Positions 29,789 to 40,363 of a DNA stretch of 64,000 nucleotides are shown piece by piece (positions within the stretch are counted from its first letter, which is position 1; each line of letters opens with the position of its first letter). The notes beneath the pieces are model-generated. The model searched no databases, was not told the origin of the DNA, and worked only from the letters and a program-made list of their open reading frames with translations. The DNA is from Trichosphaerium sp. ATCC 40318. Taxonomy: Eukaryota > Protista > Tubulinea. The position numbers and the translations under genes were made by a program. Where the stretch lies: assembly GCA_038496445.1 (NCBI GenBank), contig JALMLS010000271.1, positions 124,001-188,000 on the forward strand, given 5' to 3'.

Positions 29789-30574
29789 ATGGCAAATATA
29801 CTCAATGGTCGTATTAATATAATAGATGAGCTTGTCACCAAACAAAAAGAACTTGATGCAAGAGAACAATCATTGGTTAAAAGAGAAAACGATATTAATC
29901 GCTTGAAAGAGGACCTAGTCAAAAGGGAGGCTAAATTAGACGCCAACAATGCTGAACTTGCAAAGAGGATTGACAAATTGAAAAAGCACGATGAAGAAGC
30001 TACAAAGGAGAGAAACGAGCTAGTAGAGAAAACAAAACAAGAAATAAAAGGACTTCACGAAGACTACGACAAAGAATTCAATGAGAAGAAAGAAGAAGGA
30101 GAAAAGAAGCTTGCTGAAATCCAACAGGAGGTAGAAAGGCTCGAAGCGGCTATGCAACAGTACAAAGACTGCGCAAGCAGCCGGATAACACTGAACGTTG
30201 GTGGCGTTAAGTACTATACGACTAAAACCACCTTGAAGGGCAAGTCACCTTTTTTCGACGCCTTGCTTAGCGATAGATGGAATCTACAAGAAACTCTTGG
30301 TGAGTCTGGTGAGATTTTTATCGACAGGAATGGTGATGCATTCTACGATATCCTAGAATTCTTTCGTACTGGTAAAGTGGTGTGTATGGAGAATAATAGG
30401 GAGAGGATCTTAGAAGAGTGCACTTTTTACCAAATACCTGCAATGGCAAACCTTCTACCGGAACCTAGTAAACCAGACCTTAAACTAGTGCCTAAACAAG
30501 AGCTGCAACGAAATATGAGAACAGCAGGAAAGGTATCACGAAGGGGCTTTAGAGGACGACACGCTTTTAATTAA
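29789..30574 (+). CDS. Coiled-coil plus KCTD-type BTB/POZ domain protein, single exon
   Basis: E/K-rich heptad N-terminal half. RITLNVGGVKYYTTKTTL...FIDRNGDAFYDILEFFRTG is the T1/KCTD BTB signature. Confidence 0.88.
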   Translation: MANILNGRINIIDELVTKQKELDAREQSLVKRENDINRLKEDLVKREAKLDANNAELAKRIDKLKKHDEEATKERNELVEKTKQEIKGLHEDYDKEFNEKKEEGEKKLAEIQQEVERLEAAMQQYKDCASSRITLNVGGVKYYTTKTTLKGKSPFFDALLSDRWNLQETLGESGEIFIDRNGDAFYDILEFFRTGKVVCMENNRERILEECTFYQIPAMANLLPEPSKPDLKLVPKQELQRNMRTAGKVSRRGFRGRHAFN

Positions 30575-31025
30575 TAAGAATACGAAACCTTGCTGTCTTG
30601 TAGTGAAAATGTGATTTTATAATAAACAGTGGTGGTAGTGTACAATTTACATGTGACAAAAAAGACTTATTTTAGAATGGTGAAGTTTCCAACACGACCA
30701 ACATTACTAAACAAAACTCATAAGTACCTTTTGTTAAAAAACCAAAACAAAAAAAAGGTTGAAAAAAAAGTCAGTCAGTCTGAGTGACTCGTACATATCG
30801 GGTGCCTTAAATGGTTGTGACTTGAAGAAGTGCTCTAAACAGAAGAAAAAGTTAGAGGCGAGGTCTATACTACAACAAGATAACAAGAAAAAAGGAATAA
30901 GTTCACTTCTCTTTAATAAAAGCACGTGATTTAGGATTAAATACTAGAAGTTCGGTTTCAAAAAAGTACTCGTGTAAAAGAGGTTAGATATAAGTTTGGA
31001 AAGTAAATTGAGTTCCAAAGTGACC

Positions 31026-31106
31026 GCACTAATGTAACTGATCAAGGTAAACATGCTTTTGGTGAAGCCTGCTTTAACCCGTTGCCTTATTTAGACCAAG
31101 CGTGTT
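31026..31106 (+). pseudogene. Inverted fragment of the 3' end of the LRR gene at 33029-34115
   Basis: GCACTAATGTAACTGATCAAGGTAAACATGCTTTTG...GTTGCCTTATTTAGAC matches the reverse complement of about 33022-33102. Confidence 0.75.
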
Positions 31107-31450
31107 CTTTAAGAATAAACAAATGTCTTAGTCCATTTTGAATACTTTGGTTTTACTTTTTGGTTACCTCAAAATGATTGCTAGTACTTCATGCGTGCAT
31201 AGATCTATTTGTAATTGTTGAGTTCTATGAATACTGTATGTGGTGATGGCAAGTACAACAAAGAACTTTTTTTTGGGAAAAATCACGTGCACGGAAAGAG
31301 AAATCAGTGTTGGTAATAAATATGAAATTGAAAGGAAATCAAGCTAAAACAAGTGTTATCAACATCAACGAAGAATTTGAACTACCCACTTCATCTAACA
31401 CGCAATCCGAGTGTTATTTTTCACTGTGTGAGTGTGACAATGATATGCCA

Positions 31451-32300
31451 GGCATGGAATATGTAATTACTTAAAAAGATGGTTTTTAAAATGGTGCGTG
31501 TATTCTCGTGTACATCGTGTAGTTACGTGACGGACCACTTTTTATCGCACATACTCAACGCATTAGATAAAGCTCTATCTAGAGCCTATACAATATTTCC
31601 AGTGTTACGTGTGTAACGTGTAGTCGTGTTAGGAGTATTAACTTAACCTTTGTTCTGGCGTTCATTATTACCACAATCACTTGGAACATAAACACAGGGT
31701 CCATTCAAGTTGTTGGCATAGTTAAGTGAAATCGGGGATTCATAGGATAAACTTTGTGAAAAAAAATTGACGAGTTTTCTCTCATCTAAAAATAAGGATT
31801 TAACCCCACAATGAACACCTTTTCTTCAAAGACTATGTTATCACTGACCACTATTTTCGTTGTATTGATGTTTGTATGCTCAGTAGCAGGAAATAACGAA
31901 GAGGAAGAAACATGCATTGGTAAATGGTGCTCAAAACTCTACGCTCGGACTGATGGTAGCGGTGGAACTTATTGTGCCGACTTATGGGGGTCATGCCCAG
32001 TAAGTAATTATGACGGTGTACGTATGCTATTCTGGAAGTTTACAAGCTATGATATATATTGCTTACATTGTACTTAGTTTGAACGAATTCCAAACAAGAG
32101 AAAGTGTGGTAGAAAATGTAATCAGAGAACACCAAGCGCTGGAAGATGTAACCATTATGTTGGCAGTATGTTTTATGATGGAAATGCTGAGCTTGCCCGC
32201 TATGAATGCAAATAAGCAATACACATTGGTATTGATCAGTCCACGTGATATTTATGCTATGAGACTACTTGTTACAAACTACAATAAATTTTGATGTTAT
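31451..32300. repeat. Right arm of the inverted segmental duplication (partner 28382-29217)
   Basis: Reverse-complement match to 28382-29217. Confidence 0.92.
31811..32215 (+). CDS. Secreted Cys-rich peptide (8 mature Cys), WGSCP family copy 3
   Basis: Intron 32018-32077 (60 nt, GTACGT...CTTAG). Mature region TCIGKWCSKLYARTDGSGGTYCADLWGSCPVSNYDGFERIPNKRKCGRKCNQRTPSAGRCNHYVGSMFYDGNAELARYECK. Confidence 0.88.
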
Positions 32301-32669
32301 TGTCCGTATCATTCAAGTTTACACAACTTTTTGCTGTTTGTGACTTTTGGTTTTTGTGTTTAGTCAGATCTGACAGATCAACTTCTGTTAGTTCTTACAA
32401 GATCTGTCAAAAACTACAAGATCTAACGGATCTTGTCAGTTCTGGAAAAACCATAATCCACGTCTACTCGATACATATTGCGACCACGTGTTTTTAACTA
32501 TTACATATTATTTGGTACAATAGCTTTTGCAGTTCTGTTAATGTCTCTAAGGTCCAGCAGCTGTCTCATATACTCTAGTATGTTAACATTTAAAAGCATT
32601 ACTAATTTGTACCTGTTTTAATAGCTCCTTGGGTGAGCAGTAATGAGCTCACCTAAGAAAATACTGCGA

Positions 32670-32980
32670 TCGAAACAGAAGGATATCACAAACAGGGATT
32701 TAATGGTTCTTAAGAATCATCTGTATCCAATAGAGGGACAGCTATTGAAACAAAAATGTGTTCCAATGATGGTACCCTGCATTTCGAGTACAGCACGGTG
32801 ACTGACGAGAGCGGAATTATTATTTCTGATTCAATCACGTGTTATAGAAATGGTCTTATTGATTGTACCATGGATGATTACAGTGTGATTACAGACAAGG
32901 ATGGACATATTATTCCTGATTCACGGATGTGTTATAATGGTGTTGTTGAGAACATCAACTATGACGAGAACGGATGTTAA
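32670..32980 (+). pseudogene. Remnant of a beta-hairpin (MORN-like) repeat gene
   Basis: Internal repeat YSTVTDESGIIISDSITCYRNG / YSVITDKDGHIIPDSRMCY-NG. The frame continues upstream through an in-frame TAA. Confidence 0.4.
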
Positions 32981-33028
32981 GAAAGAGGAAAAAAAAAGGT
33001 TTAATTTACTACCAATAAGGCAACATGC

Positions 33029-34115
33029 TCAGTCTAAATAAGGCAACTGGTTATTGTAGGCTCCAACAAAAGCATGTTTACCTCGATCAGTTACATTAGT
33101 GCCTGTAAGCCTAATTGTGTGAACGCCAATAAGTACTTAACTCCTTTATCACTTATATTTGTGAACCTAACATCAATTGTATGTACTCCAGCCAATGCCT
33201 TCATCCCTTCATCTGCAATGTAACAGTCGGATAAACAAATTGAATGAACACCAGCTAACGCCTTAATACCTTCATCTGAAACCTTTGTTTCACTCAGATC
33301 TATAGCATGTACACCTGCTAAAGCTTTGATCCCAACATTTGTAACCTTTGTTTGGCATAAGTTTATCGTATGAACTCCAGCTAGTGCCCGAATGCCATCA
33401 TCTGTGATACCTTTACATTTTCTTAAACTTATTGTATGAACTCCAGCTAATGCCTTAATGCCTTCATCTGTAATACCTTGACAGAAAGAGAGATTGATTT
33501 TATGAACACCAGCTAGCGCCTTGATGCTATCATCTTTCACTTGCTGACAATCGCCTAGATAAATTGTATGAACGCCTGCTAATGCCTCAACATTTGAAAT
33601 ATTTGTGTTGTGGGAAAGATCAATTGTATGAACAGATAATCGTAAAAAAGCCTTTAGACCTTCATCAGTAACATAATTGCGTGATAACCGTATTGTTTTT
33701 GCTCCAGCCAGATGTTTGAGATGATCATAAGTTACACATGGAGTGCTAAATCTCTGATGAAAGTCACGTTTAAAAGCTTTAAAATCAGATGGCAGCAGTG
33801 TTGATATGCCACATTCAAATCTGAGGCCATACGCTCTTTTGAGGTACTTTAAATGTTGACGTTTGATATAAAACTCAATGGATAGAGTGTTTGTTTTAAT
33901 GAGATGTGGCATTGTTTTGAATAGTTTTTTGAGCTTTTGTTTTGATTCAATGACAATCACTCTTCTGTTTTCATATCCCACGTGTTGTATTGCGATCATT
34001 TTTAATAATTTTGATGTACAGAATGCATAGATAGAGGTGAAACAAATTGTAAAATAATGACAGTAAGTTCAACAGGGATATCATCAAAGAATGCGCTCTT
34101 TGAGTTCATCGCCAT
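33029..34115 (-). pseudogene. F-box-like plus LRR ('ALAGVHTI') gene with two apparent frameshifts
   Basis: The F-box-like start MAMNSKSAFFDDIPVELTVIILQFV (ATG 34115) is out of frame with the 33999-33091 ORF. The last repeat, GVHTIRLTGTNVTDRG, is in another frame. Confidence 0.7.
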
Positions 34116-35790
34116 TTATTTTGGATAATAGAATGTGATGTTATGGGTAACGTATAAACCAGAGACGAGCACCAATGTGATATTAGCTGTGCTGTGACTT
34201 GATATTTTTTGTGGGTACCAAAACTACCTTTTATCTTGGATTGTATAAACAAGAGATGAGCACTAATGTGAAATCATTAAGATGTGTTGTGACTGTAGTT
34301 GACTTGAAGTTTTTCAAAAAGTCAAATATTACTCCACAACCACAGAAGCATACAATGAAATTAAAGGACATCTATTTCTTGTACTTAAAAAAACTACTAG
34401 AAAAACATGAGCGACTATTGAAGCAGTGTAGAATATGTTAGAAGTAACATTTTATTAAAAAAAAACAACGCAACTACCTTAATCATCAGTTGTAGAACCC
34501 GAAGATAGCAGTTGAGGGCCCTTAGGAAGCAAGCTCCTGGAGGCCAAGTCCAATGGCAGCCAAAGCTTGATCTTCTACATCAAAGCCTTGAGCCAATTTC
34601 GATGGCAGCCCACCTCAATGAGACGGATACTAGAATACACTGTGCACTAGACCTTGCTACCCAACTCTTACATCAAGTCACGATGTGTTGGAAGATAAAA
34701 TTGCCTTCTTGTGTGTACTCTATTATATCATACTCATTGTACAGCCGTTGTTTTTTTATGAAAGAAACCTCGATCTCTTTCACATTAATATGGAAATACA
34801 ACAATACTTTTATGCACAACATGTTATCCAAAAAATAAATTGTGGGATAGAGTTCACAGAAATATCCACTAATAATACTCAAATATGGATAATGCACACT
34901 TTGAAATGCTCACAAAGCCTTGTGAGACCTGTTTACACGTGTGAGAACCGTTGGCAATGTGTTGTTTCGCCAAACGTGCAACAAAACGATTTTCCCTTTT
35001 TTTATGCTCTAATGTGCACTAAAAGTTGATTGTAGTGTAGTACGGCTATTATGGTGTGAAATTTGCTCTTTTCAACACTTTTTCATGTTGTAGTGTAATA
35101 CTAGAAAAGAGAATCAAGAGATGTGGCGAGAATTTTGTGGGCAAAGCCTCAAGAGTACCTCAAATAATCGCCTTAAAACCACCTGTTTACCCAAAGTTGT
35201 TTATGTACTATGACTTGGTGGGTTTGGCCCTCAGAACTCCACGATTGGAGATAAATTTAAGGAAAGAACAGCGACAAAGCTCTTGCTCAATAGCTGGTTC
35301 ATTCTGACATTTTGTTTTCTACGTAGTGCTGAAAGGATTCTTTGCTAATAGTGAACGGCTGTGTGGTACCAACAGATATACAACTTCTTGGCTCTAAGTC
35401 GAATCGATAAAAGATAACAAATCTGGTGATTAGTTCGTCATAGTTCGTCATTAAGTTAAACGTTTCATAGATTGCATTACTGAAAACAGGTTTCTAATGT
35501 CAACACATCATGGATATCATGTCTATGTTGTACAAAAGAACGTTTCATTATTTTGATGTTCGGAGAAACTCTATTATAATCCATCCTTTTTGGGACGTAT
35601 CGCGACATCATCTAACCAAACTAAGAAATTATAATAAATTACTCCAAATCTTCTTCACAGGCCCTGATGTTGCCTCAACACTATTATGTTGTGCACACTT
35701 TTGGTGTTTTCGTTCTTTGATTTTGGCATTTTTGGAAATAGTTTGTGTAGCTACAGCAGAAGGAACTATTTGAAGACAGGGAAACCTGCA

Positions 35791-38700
35791 ATGAAGTTTT
35801 TATTATACAACTACGCCATAGCGACGTTTTTATTCTTTTTCGCATCAAATGTGTACGGTAAAGCTGTAACAACTTGCAGAGTTAACGTAGAAGACAACAT
35901 AGAAAAGGGTACGACACGATTAGAGCGTTTGGTTTGAAAATTTTAAAAAAAAAGTTTGAACAAAACTATGTCGTTCGCCACTGTTCCTTCTTTTTAACCG
36001 AATAAATCACCTGTGACGCTCATAAACCGCCTATTTGTAGTTTTTGAAGCTACAACACATACACCATGGCTATTAAATCAAACAAATGGAGATCTGCACA
36101 TACTATACGTGCGTAAGGACGACAATTACCGTGATGCTTGCTTCCATTTACGAAGATACCTTGGCGAATGCAATCTCGAAACAACACCAGCAGAAGTAGT
36201 ACAAATATGGTACGATACGTCGCCTACCAATCCCACATTCACCGCAAGCAGTGACAGTTTAAAAAAAAACATCCAAAAGAAGGAATGTGACGATGTTCAT
36301 AAAAACTCACTTGATGTTCTTTAGGTGCCCTGAGGATACAACTACCTGGGATAGTGAATTTTTTAGACCATATCACATACATTATGCTACTTTTATTGAT
36401 AATAATACAATACACGTGTTGTATGATACTGGAGAAGATAGCTTAGCTATTGCTGAACCCTACTTTACTTTTCGCTCTGGAACTCTTATTATTGGTGGTA
36501 ACTATACTGATGATGTTGAGATATTTAGATCACACAAAGTATGGTTGTACGTGAACAAAACGATTAACTTGAATTTGCATTACCAAGTGAAAACAGTAGT
36601 GCTTTCTTCTAGCCGGATTTTCTGTGCCTTTTTTTTTTTGACAAGTTCCTAATGTTAAGCGTATGACATATGAGCAATAATGCTTAAACCCGCTTGTAGG
36701 AATACTGTAAGCTCTTTTTTTAACATACATCAGTCATTTTAAAACATGTGATTTCTTAGTACTTGCTACCAATATCTCTTCTTTTTTTTTTCTGATTTGT
36801 TTCTTTTTTTAGTGATGCATTCGACTTTATAGAGCCCATCCCTTTTCAACAAAGAATGAGCATATCAACGACTAATATACCAAAAGAGTTTTATGTAGTA
36901 TACGCATACCCTAACACAACAAATCCCGATGACGTCAATTTCAAATTTGAAGATTTTAACACTATTTATGTTACAAAATACGTGAATGGCTCAAGGGTTG
37001 AAGAAGCACTTATAATAGATTCTGAAAATCTTGGAGTAGCGTCTACAGATATAGTTGTTTCTAATGATGTAGTTACAGTATTGTGGAAAACAAACAAGAG
37101 CGATGAATCAATATTCAAAATGAACCAATATGATAGCAATGATTTCACATTGTTTACTGAGAAACGTGATTTTCTAGACTTCCAACCTGCCTACCCAACT
37201 TTCCATTTTGAAGTTAAAATAACACACATGATATCTTTGAACAGCGACGCTGTTATTTTATGTACATTATCATTTAACATAGTTGAAAAAACTCACTTTT
37301 TTTATCTAGCTATTGCATCTTCAAACTACACTTTGTTTGGTGTTCTATTGGCACCTTTAACAAATATTGCTACTATCTTTCGCATCAACGTATCTAATAG
37401 CGTAGATTGGCAGATAATTGGAGACGAGCCAATCTTGGCAGAGCTATTTAACGGTATAACAGACGTTGTTGGGCTAGGCAAGTTGTTTTTGAAGAAATCT
37501 TCTTAAACACAGTTTTAATGGTCTTGTTTAGGCAACTCTATTCTGTTTCCATTACGCACTGCACTATGACTTTTATACACAGTTTGATCCTGCCACTCGT
37601 ATAGGCATACCTTTTTTGATAAATTTTAATGAGACAGCTGTTGTTGAGAGTATAGACGTTGCCCCTAATGATCTGTTTGGAGGTTCAAACCTTGAGCAAA
37701 GAGGAAGTGCGTTTCTAACTTGTTCCATCTTTTTTGACTTTAATCTCATCTTGTAGGTGGACTTTCTGGTATAGCAACAAGTGACGATGATCTAGTAGTG
37801 GTATTCACCTTTAAATTTCAAGCGACTGGAATAGCACAATTTCATTTTGATGTGTTCATGGAATTCTTTGATTGTGAGTACCCTCTTTTATGCACAAATA
37901 GAAAAAAAACCATACGTATTCTCTTTCTTTATTCTGTCATGGGTTTTTTACTTACTTGGCTTTCTAGTTAGAGAGGAAATATTACCAATTGCGGAAATAG
38001 AAAAACCTGCAGGTACCTGCCGTTGTTGTGGTTAATTTACTCTAACTTGCTTTTTATAGTGCAGTCATCAATCATCATTACTGTTGTAGTTGTGGTTGTA
38101 GTGCGTATTATAGTACTTGTCATATTGCTAGTTATCCTCTTTTGTAATTGCGCTGTTTCCAAGAATGGTATAAACTAAAGCGTTCAGCTGTTGCAAATTT
38201 CTAATACTTTTCATCTTTAGTCATAGTTCCAGACTATTATGGGTCAGCTCTTGGTGACACTGTTACCTTAGAAACAGTTTACGGTCCAAAAGTTAACAAA
38301 AAAAAGATAGGAATGACAGAAGAAACGCTAACTGAGCTATCTTTGCCTTTCTCTGAAGTTGTCTTGAAGGAAGAGCTCGGCTCTGGGAATTATGGGATTG
38401 TATACAAAGGGTACGCATCACCAGAACTTGATTTGGTCTTAACAACAAACACACAGAGAATGGAGAGCTACAGAAGTAGCAGTAAAGAGTGGTATATCAA
38501 TCGTAGATGATGCCCTTGATGAGTTCTTAACAGAAGCTTATCTCATGAGCAAAATGAAACATCATAGGCATGTCACACAAATGTACGGTATAGTACTTCA
38601 TGCCAGTATGACGGCCATAGTAATGGAGTACGCCTCATGATATATTTGACTTTAAAAAAAAAAACCTATATTAAGATAACAAACAAAAAGGTTCTTGGCT

Positions 38701-39490
38701 GGTGGATCGTTAGATACAAGGCTTTTTAATGATGAACTAGCTATGTCCCTAACAGGAAGAATCAAAATATTATCAGGGGTGTCAAGAGGTGTCTTACATA
38801 TTCACAAAGAGAGCATTGTTCATAGGTAAACATAACGACGTTCCAAAATGTGGATTTTTTGCTAACTTTTTTTTAGAGATCTTGCAGCACGTGCGTTGTT
38901 TTCTTCTTCCTATTGTTATATGGTATTGATTACGCTTAGGAAATATTCTTTTAAGCGCCTCAGGAGTACCAAAAGTGTCCGATTTTGGATACTCTAGGAA
39001 TATAAAGAAAGGGAAGCTGGGTCGTACAAAGGCAAAACAAGGTCCCATCAGGTTGCTTCAAATAAATTGCTGGACAAGTATCTTTGACTAATCGCCATCA
39101 CAAGGTGGATGGCGCCTGAAAGTATAGGAGAAAAACTATACTCTAACGCAACAGATGCCTGGATGTTTGGTTGCGTTATATACGAGTGTATGGTATGTCA
39201 AACTCACTATGTCTAGTTAGTGTTAATTGCTATCTAGGAAAGAGTCGAACCTCATGCTACAGGAGACATACTAGTAACAGCAGTTTCAATACGGGACAAG
39301 GTGAGTATTTAGTGGATATTTATGTGTTTGAGACTCAAATGTTGATTTGCAAAAGGGGTTACATCCAATACTCTCAGACGATACACCAGACTGGCTTATA
39401 GAATTGGCAAAGTCTTGTTGGAGCTTAGACTCCGAACAAAGACCTACATTTGAAGAAATAGCAGAAGTATTCTCCAATCAAGGCTACTGA
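35791..39490 (+). CDS. Receptor tyrosine kinase (signal peptide, unrecognised ectodomain, TM segment, TK domain)
   Basis: MKFLLYNYAIATFLFFFA signal, Val/Ile-rich TM at about 38070-38145, LGSGNYGIVYKG, VAVK, HRDLAARN, SDFG, GPIRWMAPE. Confidence 0.9.
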
Positions 39491-40363
39491 AATTAGACCA
39501 CAAACAAATCATTAATTTCAATTGTAAATATTCACTACCAACAAGCGTTTTTCTAATGCTTATAACTGCAATATAATGACTCTACAACATGTCTGTTGGA
39601 AACTCACTCTCTAGCAATTCAGTCTCATAAATGACATAAGAATGACGTGAAAGTTTCTGTTGTGTCATTTCTGCACTACTGCGTGTTATCTCCGAGAATC
39701 TAATGTGATTTTATACGCCCACTGGTAAATGACTACTTTGTAAGAGTTCCTAACTTTCATTGTATCAAAGCGCTGTCTGCTAGGAGGTTTTTGTTTTCGG
39801 GGCTTTTATTTGATCTCAGCCGTATCAATAGGTACAAGCGTCAAGTGGTATGAGGAGAAAGATACCAACACCAATACATGTAAGGTGCCTTTTTTTTACC
39901 CAAGCATGTTCCACAGCAAAAAATGAAAATTACTGCGTTGACGATTGACAAAAACACAAAAAATATTAAACCAACATAGAATTGTGTATTTTTGTGATTC
40001 ATTTGTTTGTTTGACCTAAGGAACGCAATTTAGTATAGCATGTATTTTACAATATTTTATGTCACACACGTGTTTTTCACTTTTTGAGGTTTTTTTTGTA
40101 GAAAATAGCCACAGTGAACATTTGCGAAATTTCGAAACTGTGTCTAGTATTTATAACAGAGGATATAACAAATGGTTGTGTATAGCTACATAAGGTTCGA
40201 TATCTCGGAGGCTCGCAAAGCCCGTTGAATCTGAAGATGTGAATGAGTCATAAACAAGACAAAACTGTGAGGTTACGAATAGGTAATGAACGTAAACTAT
40301 GTTAAGTACTAACTACATGATTAAGTCTATACATGTACAGAACATTCGAATCAAAAACACAAG

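Noticed and set aside
32075-32077. In-frame TAG in the peptide gene suggesting readthrough or an alternative genetic code
   Set aside because: It is the AG acceptor of a 60-nt GTACGT intron. The paralogous intron is 61 nt, which breaks the unspliced frame. All three stop codons terminate genes normally in this window.
19178-32294. ORF-track products containing 'REHQALEDVT' (19178-19525, 28388-28579, 32010-32294)
   Set aside because: Alternative-frame shadows of exon 2 of the Cys-rich peptide genes.
28382-32300. Large-TIR transposon (Mutator/Polinton-like) carrying the BTB gene
   Set aside because: The arms are whole peptide genes with promoters, and I found no flanking TSD or transposase. 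Better explained as a segmental inverted duplication.
5929-34115. A contiguous endogenous giant-virus (GEVE) insertion
   Set aside because: No viral hallmark genes (capsid, packaging ATPase, PolB, primase) are visible. The virus-like genes are single and interleaved with intron-rich host genes.
34440-35310. Several overlapping ORFs of 74-114 aa
   Set aside because: No coherent spliced model or recognisable motif. Possibly decayed coding DNA but not supportable.
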